51,307 nt of DNA, taken from positions 1 through 51,307 of the forward strand of contig JAZDKB010000039.1 of the NCBI GenBank assembly GCA_043803405.1, given 5' to 3'. Positions 42,445-50,350 of this stretch are shown here, one piece after another. The translations under genes and the position numbers were made by a program. Each line of letters begins with the position of its first letter. Position 1 is the stretch's first letter. This DNA is from Spirochaetota bacterium (GTDB lineage: Bacteria > Spirochaetota > UBA4802 > JAFGDQ01). The notes beneath the pieces are model-generated. The model was not told where the DNA came from. It saw only the letters and a program-made list of their open reading frames with translations, and ran no database searches.

Positions 42445-42549
42445 ATGTTAAATAATAAATACAAAATATTTATTTTGTCTCATTGAGAGATTTATCGGGA
42501 GCCCGTGCGGTTTCCCTTAATGCATCTTACCGCCTTACTCACGCCCTAG
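42445..42549 (+). CDS. Putative Sec-containing leader peptide 1: MLNNKYKIFILSH-U-EIYREPVRFPLMHLTALLTP
   Basis: In-frame TGA 42484-42486; SECIS-like hairpin 42497-42516; 20 more codons to TAG; same layout in copies 2 and 3. Confidence 0.7.
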
Positions 42550-42623
42550 TGCCTCAGCTCACCTCCTGAGATACCGGCGCCGAAAAAGGCGGCCGGATTT
42601 TTAATATCTTAAGGAGGTTTTAA
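42484..42623 (+). promoter_or_regulatory. Attenuator-like structured leader, copy 1
   Basis: SECIS-like hairpin; CTCAG/CTGAG hairpin; anti-SD ACCTCCT 42561-42567; GC hairpin 42574-42596; SD AAGGAGGT 42611-42618. Confidence 0.8.
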
Positions 42624-43169
42624 ATGTTAAACAATTTAAAAAATTCAATATCGTCCAAACGGACGAAATGCGCTTCAGTTATCACGCTTTTTATAGTAAT
42701 AGCGTTCGTGCTTGCAGGATGCGCATCATTCCCGCCTTACGGCACATCCACAAAAGGCCTTGAACTGCCTATTGAAAAGGCGACTCTTAAGTTCATGGAG
42801 GATGTAAAAGCCGGCGGATACAAGATCGTAAATACAAGCGAGCTGAAGAAATGGTATGCCGAAGGCAAAAAGATGATCGTCATCAGCACGTTTCCGCCGG
42901 CGGACGACAAAGCATTGGGTACTCTTCCCTCTGCTGTAAGCGGCCCTATGCCTATGACGGAAAAAGAAGTTACCCAGGCAGTGAAGGACGGCATAATTAA
43001 GACAGCAGGCAAAGATAAGGATATGACTATTGTTGTGTATTGCGGTTTTGTGGCCTGCAGAAGGAGCCATCTGGGAGCAAAGACGCTCGCGGAAAGCGGA
43101 TATAAAAATGTTTACCGCTATCCTGGAGGCATTGCGGGCTGGAAGGAAGCATCTGCTCCTGCAAAATAA
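42624..43169 (+). CDS. Rhodanese-domain lipoprotein (sulfur/selenium transferase-like)
   Basis: Lipobox LAGC; IVVYCGFVACRRSH; VYRYPGGIAGWK. Confidence 0.88.
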   Translation: MLNNLKNSISSKRTKCASVITLFIVIAFVLAGCASFPPYGTSTKGLELPIEKATLKFMEDVKAGGYKIVNTSELKKWYAEGKKMIVISTFPPADDKALGTLPSAVSGPMPMTEKEVTQAVKDGIIKTAGKDKDMTIVVYCGFVACRRSHLGAKTLAESGYKNVYRYPGGIAGWKEASAPAK

Positions 43170-43187
43170 TTATTGAAAATATATTTG

Positions 43188-43222
43188 TGCCGGATAGACC
43201 GCTTTATGCGGTTTATCCGGCA
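43188..43222. terminator. Long hairpin after the rhodanese gene
   Basis: TGCCGGATAGACCGC-tttat-GCGGTTTATCCGGCA. Confidence 0.6.
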
Positions 43223-43232
43223 TTATGCAACC

Positions 43233-43691
43233 ATGAAGAAATTACAAATATCTCTTTCTTTTATATTGGTTTTTCTAGCTGTGTGTTGCGCCGGAAAACA
43301 GATAGAAGATGATAAGATAAAAAGACAAATAGATGTCTTTGGCGTTTATCTCTCTTCCAGTGTTGAGTATAAAGAAATTAACGGCGACCCTGCGGTTGAG
43401 GAATCGTGCTCATGTTCCGATGGATATGATCTCAATTTTGATGTACTTGATATAACAATCGGATATACGGCAAACAAAAAAATAAGAAAGATCACTACAT
43501 ATAATCCGGGTACAAGCATGTTCGGCATACGGCCGGGCATGTCTTTCAGCAGCAGCAGGCAAAAGATACTTGATGCTGGATTTAGCGAATCCGGCCGGTC
43601 TTTTATGTTCACTAACGGCAGGTATTTAGTTACTTTTCTTGTTGAGAAGAAGGATGATATTTTCGGGCTGATTATTGAAACGGCCGAATAA
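43233..43691 (+). CDS. Hypothetical exported/lipoprotein
   Basis: MKKLQISLSFILVFLAVCC signal; start moved from TTG 43173 to ATG 43233. Confidence 0.6.
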   Translation: MKKLQISLSFILVFLAVCCAGKQIEDDKIKRQIDVFGVYLSSSVEYKEINGDPAVEESCSCSDGYDLNFDVLDITIGYTANKKIRKITTYNPGTSMFGIRPGMSFSSSRQKILDAGFSESGRSFMFTNGRYLVTFLVEKKDDIFGLIIETAE

Positions 43692-43727
43692 AATTATATT
43701 TAAAGTTAAATTAAAAACAAAAACACG

Positions 43728-43835
43728 ATGTTAACAAAACAAAAAATCAAAATATTTATCGCGTTACAGTGAGCAACGCTTAGGAAGCCGGTGCGGCTTC
43801 CTAATATTGTCCTAACCGCCATAACTACGCCTTAA
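43728..43835 (+). CDS. Putative Sec-containing leader peptide 2: MLTKQKIKIFIALQ-U-ATLRKPVRLPNIVLTAITTP
   Basis: In-frame TGA 43770-43772; perfect hairpin 43780-43804; 20 more codons to TAA. Confidence 0.7.
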
Positions 43836-43912
43836 AACCTCAGTCAACCTCCTGAGATTCCGGCGCCTAAGCAGGCGGTCGGGATTTTAATATCATAAGG
43901 AGGTATTCAATT
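43770..43912 (+). promoter_or_regulatory. Attenuator-like structured leader, copy 2
   Basis: Same motif order as copy 1; anti-SD 43847-43853; SD 43897-43904. Confidence 0.8.
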
Positions 43913-44057
43913 ACTAAACAATCAAGAAGTTTGTTATCGGGCTGTAAATCCGTACGGCTACTATACGCTTTTTCCAGTGATATAATCTACAGGGAAGATT
44001 ATATTATGGCAAAGATTAATAATAATTTTATTATAAAATGAATTACAGGAGAGTAAA

Positions 44058-46754
44058 ATGAGTGATACCTTTATATTAAACGGAGAAGAAACGCCATTTA
44101 AGCAGGGTCAGATGATTCTGGAAGCGGCGCAAAATGCCGGAATCAAAATACCTACTTTATGCTATCTGAAAGGAACTACGCCTACCGGCGCATGCAGGGT
44201 TTGCCTGGTAGAAGTCAAAGGCGCGCGTTCGCTGATGGCATCATGTTCCACTCCGGTTACACCGGGGATGGAAGTAAGGACGGATAGCGGTCTTGTCCAT
44301 AGAGCGCGAAAAATGAATATTGAACTGCTGCTTGCCGGCGGCAGGCATAATTGTCTTGTCTGTGAAGCAAATGGCGATTGCCACCTGCAGGATCTGGCAT
44401 ATTCCTATAAAATCACCAATTTACGATTTAAAGAAAAAGAACGAAACAATATTTATCCGACAGAGGATCAAAACTCTTTCATTATCCGTGATTTTGGACG
44501 TTGTATCCTTTGCGGACGCTGCGTTCAGGCATGTAACGAGCTTGTAGTAAACCGCGCAATCTCGCAAGGCTATCGCGGTTCCGAAAGCAAAATTGTTACA
44601 GGCGGCGATCTGCCGTACGATAACAGCGAATGCGTATTCTGCGGTCAGTGCGTGCAAGTATGTCCTGTCGGAGCGCTGACGGAAAAGAAAGGCAAGGGAC
44701 TGGGACGATCATGGGAAGTCAAAAATGTCCGCACGACGTGTCCTTACTGCGGCGTAGGATGCCAGCAAAACCTTCATGTCAAGGGTGACCAGATAGTAAA
44801 AATTACAGCTGTTGAAGACGGTGCGCCGAACTATGGCAGATTATGCGTTAAAGGACGCTTCGCTTATGATTTCATTTACTCAAAAGACAGACTTACAACT
44901 CCGCTGATTCGTCAGAAAAACGGAGAGTTCAAGGAGGCTTCCTGGGACGAAGCGCTTGACCTTGTAGCGAAAAAATTCACAGAAATAATAAAAGAATCCG
45001 GCCCGGATTCAGTTGCCGGTATCAGCTGCGCTCGCAGTATCAATGAAGATTCTTACAATATGCAAAAGCTGTTCAGAGCCGTTTTCCAGACAAACAATAT
45101 CGACCATTGTGCCCGTGTCTGCCATGCGCCTACAGTCGCAGGTCTTGCAGCATCGTTCGGATCAGGCGCTGGCACCAACTCGATCAGCGAGTATAAAGAT
45201 GCAAAGATGTTCTTCATTATCGGATCGAACATGACAGAAGCTCATCCGGTTGCCTCCTATTATGTAAAGCAGGCAAAATTGAAGGGTGCAAAACTCATTG
45301 TTGTGGATCCCAGATACCACGAACTGGCAAAGATGTCTGATATTTATGCACAGATCAAGGTTGGTTCTGATGTGGCCTTTTTGAACGGCATAATGAATGT
45401 CCTGATAAACGAGAATCTGTACGACAAAAAATTTGTTGCTGATAACTGTACTGGCTTTGAAGATCTTAAAAAGACAGTCATGAATTATACGCCCCAAAAA
45501 GCAGCCGAGATAAGCGGAGTACCTGCTGAACAAATAATCCAGATAGCTCATCAAATGGCTGCCATAAGGCCGTCAATGCTGATTTACACATTGGGAATAA
45601 CGGAGCATTCCTGCGGTACAAACAACGTAATGAGCTGCGCCAATCTCCAGATGCTGCTTGGAAACATGGGCATTGAATTTGGCGGCGTAAACCCGCTTCG
45701 CGGACAGAACAACGTACAGGGCGCCTGCGACATGGGCGCGTTGCCGGTTGTTTTCCCTGGTTATCAGAACGTAACCGTGCCCGAGAACAGAGAAAAATTC
45801 ATAAAGGCATGGGGAGTTAAAAATCTTCCGGACAAGCCGGGATTGATGATAAACGCCATGATGGAAGGATTGCTCACCAAAAAAATACGGGCACTTTGGG
45901 TGTTCGGGGAAAATCTGGCCAATGCAGAGCCGAATATTACCCATACTGAAAAATGCCTGAACTCTGCCGAGTTTTTAGTTGTGCAGGATATTTTTCCAAA
46001 TGAAACGACAAAATTTGCTCATGTAATTCTTCCTGCCGCTGCATGGTGTGAAGACGAAGGAACATTCACAAGCCTGGAAAGGCGCGTAAGCATGGTAAGA
46101 AAGATAAAAGAAGCTCCTGGTATTGCGAAACCGGATTGGTGGATATTCAAGGAAGTCGCCAGGAAGATGGGACATGACTGGGCATCAAACAGCGCACGGG
46201 AAATCTGTGACAATGAACTGGCCGTATTGTGCCCGATGTTTGCAGGAATTAAATTTTCCAGGATTGAAAAGGACGGACTGCAATGGCCGTGTCCCGGCGA
46301 AGAACATCCCGGCACGCCGATTGTTCATAAAGACGGGAAATTCACCCATGGGAAAGGAATAATGAAAGGCATCGAATGGACCCCGCCGGAGGAAATCGCA
46401 GACAAAGATTATCCGTTGGTTTTGAGCACAGGCAGAAGGCTTTCCCAGTATCATACAAGAACGCAGACCGGCCGAAGCGGCATGGATGCTATTTACAGCC
46501 AGGAAACCGCCGATGTTTCCATTGCTGATGCAAGGGAAAAAGGAATAAAAGATGGAGAAATGATTGTCGTGAAATCCAGACGCGGGAAAGTAACTGTTCC
46601 TGCCCGGGTTACAGATGAAGTCCCCAAAGGCGTTGTCTGGATGACATTTCATTACCGCGACGGAAATTGCAACTGGCTTACCAATAATGCGTATGATACT
46701 GTAACAAAGACGCCTGAATACAAGGCCTGCGCGGTACAGATTGAAAGAGTTTAA
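44058..46754 (+). CDS. fdhF: Cytoplasmic Mo/W-bisPGD formate dehydrogenase alpha subunit, Cys-type, with N-terminal Fe-S domains
   Basis: IPTLC, GACRVCLV, CILCGRCV, CPYCGVGC, NIDHCARVCHAP, PLRGQNNVQGACDMG, TPEYKACAV; no Tat signal. Confidence 0.93.
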   Translation: MSDTFILNGEETPFKQGQMILEAAQNAGIKIPTLCYLKGTTPTGACRVCLVEVKGARSLMASCSTPVTPGMEVRTDSGLVHRARKMNIELLLAGGRHNCLVCEANGDCHLQDLAYSYKITNLRFKEKERNNIYPTEDQNSFIIRDFGRCILCGRCVQACNELVVNRAISQGYRGSESKIVTGGDLPYDNSECVFCGQCVQVCPVGALTEKKGKGLGRSWEVKNVRTTCPYCGVGCQQNLHVKGDQIVKITAVEDGAPNYGRLCVKGRFAYDFIYSKDRLTTPLIRQKNGEFKEASWDEALDLVAKKFTEIIKESGPDSVAGISCARSINEDSYNMQKLFRAVFQTNNIDHCARVCHAPTVAGLAASFGSGAGTNSISEYKDAKMFFIIGSNMTEAHPVASYYVKQAKLKGAKLIVVDPRYHELAKMSDIYAQIKVGSDVAFLNGIMNVLINENLYDKKFVADNCTGFEDLKKTVMNYTPQKAAEISGVPAEQIIQIAHQMAAIRPSMLIYTLGITEHSCGTNNVMSCANLQMLLGNMGIEFGGVNPLRGQNNVQGACDMGALPVVFPGYQNVTVPENREKFIKAWGVKNLPDKPGLMINAMMEGLLTKKIRALWVFGENLANAEPNITHTEKCLNSAEFLVVQDIFPNETTKFAHVILPAAAWCEDEGTFTSLERRVSMVRKIKEAPGIAKPDWWIFKEVARKMGHDWASNSAREICDNELAVLCPMFAGIKFSRIEKDGLQWPCPGEEHPGTPIVHKDGKFTHGKGIMKGIEWTPPEEIADKDYPLVLSTGRRLSQYHTRTQTGRSGMDAIYSQETADVSIADAREKGIKDGEMIVVKSRRGKVTVPARVTDEVPKGVVWMTFHYRDGNCNWLTNNAYDTVTKTPEYKACAVQIERV

Positions 46755-46764
46755 TTGAAGCAGC

Positions 46765-46797
46765 AAACCTTCCCGCTGCAAAAAGCGGGAAGGTTTT
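46765..46797 (+). terminator. Rho-independent terminator after fdh
   Basis: AAACCTTCCCGCT-gcaaaa-AGCGGGAAGGTTTT. Confidence 0.75.
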
Positions 46798-46852
46798 ACA
46801 AAATCGAATATATTATATGAGGAGTTAAATCAATTTTAACGTTTAATAAATT

Positions 46853-46960
46853 ATGTTAACCGGACAAAACAACAAAATAATTTTTTCCCAATATTGAGAA
46901 ACAGACCGGAAGCCCGTGTGGTTCCATAATATGTTTCCAGCCGCCTTAACTACGCCATAG
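46853..46960 (+). CDS. Putative Sec-containing leader peptide 3: MLTGQNNKIIFSQY-U-ETDRKPVWFHNMFPAALTTP
   Basis: In-frame TGA 46895-46897; hairpin 46908-46925; 20 more codons to TAG. Confidence 0.7.
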
Positions 46961-47038
46961 AACCTCAGAATACCTCCTGAGATTCCGGCGCCGGAAAAGG
47001 CGGCCGGACTTTTAATATCTTTATGGAGGTTTAAAATG
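46895..47038 (+). promoter_or_regulatory. Attenuator-like structured leader, copy 3
   Basis: Same motif order; anti-SD 46972-46978; GC hairpin 46984-47008; SD GGAGGT 47025-47030. Confidence 0.8.
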
Positions 47039-47152
47039 TTAAACAATCGCAAAAGTTTACTGTCGTGCTGTCGAACCGCACAGTCGCGATTCGTATCTTT
47101 CATTAATATAATGAACAGGGGGATTATGCTATGGAAAACGAACTATTGCTAA
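47036..47152 (+). CDS. 38-aa second uORF overlapping the hdrA start (possible translational coupler)
   Basis: Strong SD + ATG TTA AAC AAT, as at the rhodanese start; ends at TAA 22 nt inside hdrA in another frame. Confidence 0.45.
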   Translation: MLNNRKSLLSCCRTAQSRFVSFINIMNRGIMLWKTNYC

Positions 47153-50100
47153 AAGAAAAAATGCAGGAGCTTTACCGAACTTTTGGAGAGAGCAATTTTG
47201 GCGATGTTATGATAGTAGGCGGAGGGATCAGCGGCATTCAGGCAGCGCTCGATCTTGGAACCGCTGGATTTAAGGTTTACTTTGTCGAAAAATCACCGAC
47301 TGTAGGCGGCAAGATGGCCCATCTTGACAAAACATTCCCTACCAATGACTGTTCTATGTGCATTGAATCCCCTAAGTTTGTTGAATGCAACAGACATCCT
47401 AATATTGAGATCATGTCCTATTCTGAAGTTGAACGCGTAGAAGGGGAAGCGGGAGATTTCAAGGTTACTGTGATTAAGAAACCGAGATATGTAGACGAGG
47501 CTAAATGCACGGGTTGTACTGTATGTGTAGAGTACTGCCCGGTTAAGTACCCTGATGATTTTAACCAGAATATATCGAATAACAAAGCAATTCATATTTA
47601 TTTTGCCCAGGCTATTCCTTTAAAGCCTTACGTAGATGAAAGCTGTCTTTACCTTAAAGAAGGTAAATGCCGTATGTGCGAAGGAGTATGTAAGAATAAT
47701 GCAATAAATTTTAACCAGGTACCGGAGAAGGTTGAAATAAAAGTAGGGGCAATAATATTATCTCCTGGCATTGAGGCATTTAATCCTGAGATAATGAAGG
47801 AATACCATTACGGCGACTTTAAGAATGTTGTGACTGCCCTTGACTACGAAAGGCTGTTATGTGCCACCGGGCCGTACGAAGGCGAGATATTGCGTGCTTC
47901 AGACAAAAAGCATCCGCATAATATAGCATGGATTCACTGCGTCGGTTCCAGAAATGCTACAGAAGGGTCTAATAGTTATTGTTCGTCTGTGTGCTGCACA
48001 TATACCCAGAAACAGGTTATACTTACAAAAGACCATGACGGGGACGCGAAGTGCACTGTATTCCATAACGATATCCGTTCCTTTGGCAAGGATTTTGAGC
48101 GGTTTTACCAGAGAACAGCGGACCTTTCAGGGGTCCGCTTTTTCAAAAGCTATGTATCGATAATGAAAGAAGATCCGATAACCAGGAATGTAACAATACG
48201 GTATTATACACCGGATGAAGGGCTAAAAGAAGAAGAATTCGATATGGTAGTATTATCTGTCGGATTGGCTCCGCCTGCCAATGTTCAGAACCTGGCAAAT
48301 GTATTCGGGATAGAACTCAATTCCCACGGATTCTGCAAAAAAAATCCTATGAATCCAATGGAGACAACACGTCCGGGGATTTTCGTAAGCGGGGCATTCC
48401 AGGGGCCTATGGACATCCCTGAGGCGGTTCTATCCGCCAGCGGAGCAGGTTCTCAATGCGGCGAGCTCCTTTCCTACCGGAGGGGGAACCTTTCCAAAGC
48501 TAGGGTATACCCGCCGGAAAAGGATGTATCCAGTGAAGAACCAAAGATAGGAGTCTATGTGTGTCATTGCGGAGCCAATATAGGAAGGATAGTAAATGTA
48601 CCTTCCACTGTTGAGTATTCCCTTACATTGCCGAATGTTGTCCACGCAGAGGAAAGCCTCTTCATTTGTTCTACCGAAGCAGCCGCGATGCTGGCAAAAG
48701 ATATCAAAGAAAGAGGGCTTAATCGCGTAATTGTCGCTGCATGTACGCCCAGGACACATGAGCCGTTATTCAGGGATACGCTTCGTGAAGCCGGAATTAA
48801 CCAATATTATTACGACATGGCAAATATAAGAGAACATTGTTCGTGGGTACACTCAAAAGAGAAGGAAGCTGCAACACAAAAGGCAAAGGATATAATCCGG
48901 ATGTCGGCAGCGCGTGCCTGCTTTCTGGAGCCTTTGCAGGAATTTGAGCTGCCAGTCAATAAAGTTGCCATAGTAGTCGGCGGCGGCGTAGCAGGCATGA
49001 CCAGCGCTCTCTCCATAGCCAGGCAGGGACACGAGGTTCATTTGATCGAAAAGGAAAAACAGCTTGGAGGACTGGCGCGTAAACTTCATTACACCATGGA
49101 AGGACATGATGTCCAGGCATTCCTGAATGATCTTATAAAAAAGATTTATAAAAATCCTTTAATACATGTATACACAGACGCATCCATTCCGGAAGCTTCA
49201 GGTTATGTTGGAAATTTCATTACAAAAGTAAAGTCCGACAGAGGGATCGTAGAGATAAAACACGGAGCGATAGTCATTGCTATAGGCGCTGACGTTTATA
49301 AACCCACTGAATATCTTTATGGGCAGGATGACAGGGTGTTAACCCAGCTTGAGCTGGAAGAAAAGATAACCAATAAAGATGAAGTGATAAAAAATGCAAA
49401 AAATACTGTGATGATCCAGTGCGTAGGCTGCAGGAATGAAGAAAGAAATTATTGCAGCAAGATATGCTGCGGAGAGTCTGTAAAGAATGCCTTAAAACTG
49501 AAAGAAATAAATCCTGAGATGGATATCTACATACTATTCAGGGATATGAGAACATACGGATTTAATGAGGATTATTACAGGGAAGCAAGAGGCAAAAATG
49601 TAAGATTTATCCGTTATGAGACGGATGACAAACCCCTGGTTGAAGCTGTTAAGGAAAACGGCAAGAGTATTCTTAGGATTACCGTAACAGATCAGACATT
49701 AAATAAGAAGGTAGCCATAGATGCCGATGTGATTGCCCTGGCTGTGGCAATAATTCCATCTGCCGGCAGCCAGGAAATATCACGGTTGTTTAAAGTGTCT
49801 ATGGGGCCGGATGGTTTCTGCCAGGAGGCACATGTTAAATTAAGGCCTGTTGACTTTGCCGCGGAAGGCGTTTACCTGTGCGGTATAGCGCATTACCCCA
49901 AGCTTATATCTGAAACTATCAACCAGGCTTACGGGGCAGCAGGACGTGCATTAACTCTTCTTGCAAATGATACTGTCGTGGCATCGGGCTCTGTTTGTAC
50001 TGTAGATGAAAAAATGTGTATGGGATGTGGGGCATGTGCTCCTGCGTGTACATATAACGCGGTAACGCTTAACGAAACAAAACAGGGAAGAAAAGCCTCG

Positions 50101-50226
50101 GTTATCCCTGTGCTTTGTAAAGGATGCGGTCTTTGCAACTCAAAATGTCCGACAGGGGCTATACAGCTGAAGCATTATACCGATAAAGAGCTTTTCGGCC
50201 AGATTCTTGCCGGTCTTTCCGAATGA
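47131..50226 (+). CDS. hdrA: Heterodisulfide reductase subunit A-like flavo-iron-sulfur protein with duplicated FAD modules
   Basis: GGGISG, LDKTFPTNDCSMC, CVGSR...YCSSVCC, VYVCHCGANI, ANIREHCSWVH, second GGGVAG, EAHVKLRPVD, C-terminal ferredoxin. Confidence 0.93.
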   Translation: MENELLLKEKMQELYRTFGESNFGDVMIVGGGISGIQAALDLGTAGFKVYFVEKSPTVGGKMAHLDKTFPTNDCSMCIESPKFVECNRHPNIEIMSYSEVERVEGEAGDFKVTVIKKPRYVDEAKCTGCTVCVEYCPVKYPDDFNQNISNNKAIHIYFAQAIPLKPYVDESCLYLKEGKCRMCEGVCKNNAINFNQVPEKVEIKVGAIILSPGIEAFNPEIMKEYHYGDFKNVVTALDYERLLCATGPYEGEILRASDKKHPHNIAWIHCVGSRNATEGSNSYCSSVCCTYTQKQVILTKDHDGDAKCTVFHNDIRSFGKDFERFYQRTADLSGVRFFKSYVSIMKEDPITRNVTIRYYTPDEGLKEEEFDMVVLSVGLAPPANVQNLANVFGIELNSHGFCKKNPMNPMETTRPGIFVSGAFQGPMDIPEAVLSASGAGSQCGELLSYRRGNLSKARVYPPEKDVSSEEPKIGVYVCHCGANIGRIVNVPSTVEYSLTLPNVVHAEESLFICSTEAAAMLAKDIKERGLNRVIVAACTPRTHEPLFRDTLREAGINQYYYDMANIREHCSWVHSKEKEAATQKAKDIIRMSAARACFLEPLQEFELPVNKVAIVVGGGVAGMTSALSIARQGHEVHLIEKEKQLGGLARKLHYTMEGHDVQAFLNDLIKKIYKNPLIHVYTDASIPEASGYVGNFITKVKSDRGIVEIKHGAIVIAIGADVYKPTEYLYGQDDRVLTQLELEEKITNKDEVIKNAKNTVMIQCVGCRNEERNYCSKICCGESVKNALKLKEINPEMDIYILFRDMRTYGFNEDYYREARGKNVRFIRYETDDKPLVEAVKENGKSILRITVTDQTLNKKVAIDADVIALAVAIIPSAGSQEISRLFKVSMGPDGFCQEAHVKLRPVDFAAEGVYLCGIAHYPKLISETINQAYGAAGRALTLLANDTVVASGSVCTVDEKMCMGCGACAPACTYNAVTLNETKQGRKASVIPVLCKGCGLCNSKCPTGAIQLKHYTDKELFGQILAGLSE

Positions 50227-50350
50227 GGAGATGGCATAGTAAATCAATGCAATGGCTGGAGAGCTATAGGACAGAAATATGTCCAGCAGGGCGGACAGCT
50301 GATCTTCCCTGGAATAGTGATTTAAAATTAATAAAGGAGGTAAAATAAAA

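Noticed and set aside
42526..42549. Conserved (T/A)AxxTP-stop as a TnaC-like arrest peptide
   Set aside because: These codons coincide with the CCGCC and ACGCC pairing strands, so RNA constraint explains them; arrest is not excluded but has no support
42445..47038. The three leader copies as a CRISPR array, MITE or known riboswitch
   Set aside because: No repeat-spacer periodicity and no terminal inverted repeats; I recognise no Moco, cobalamin, SAM, T-box or c-di-GMP consensus (Rfam search still needed)
46843..47103. 86-aa minus-strand ORF over leader copy 3
   Set aside because: Antisense shadow; no equivalent ORF is listed over copies 1 and 2
50224..50330. hdrA TGA as Sec read-through, or a fluoride riboswitch (GGAGATGGCAT)
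   Set aside because: HdrA is complete at that point, no SECIS-like hairpin follows, and the complementary CTCC strand is missing
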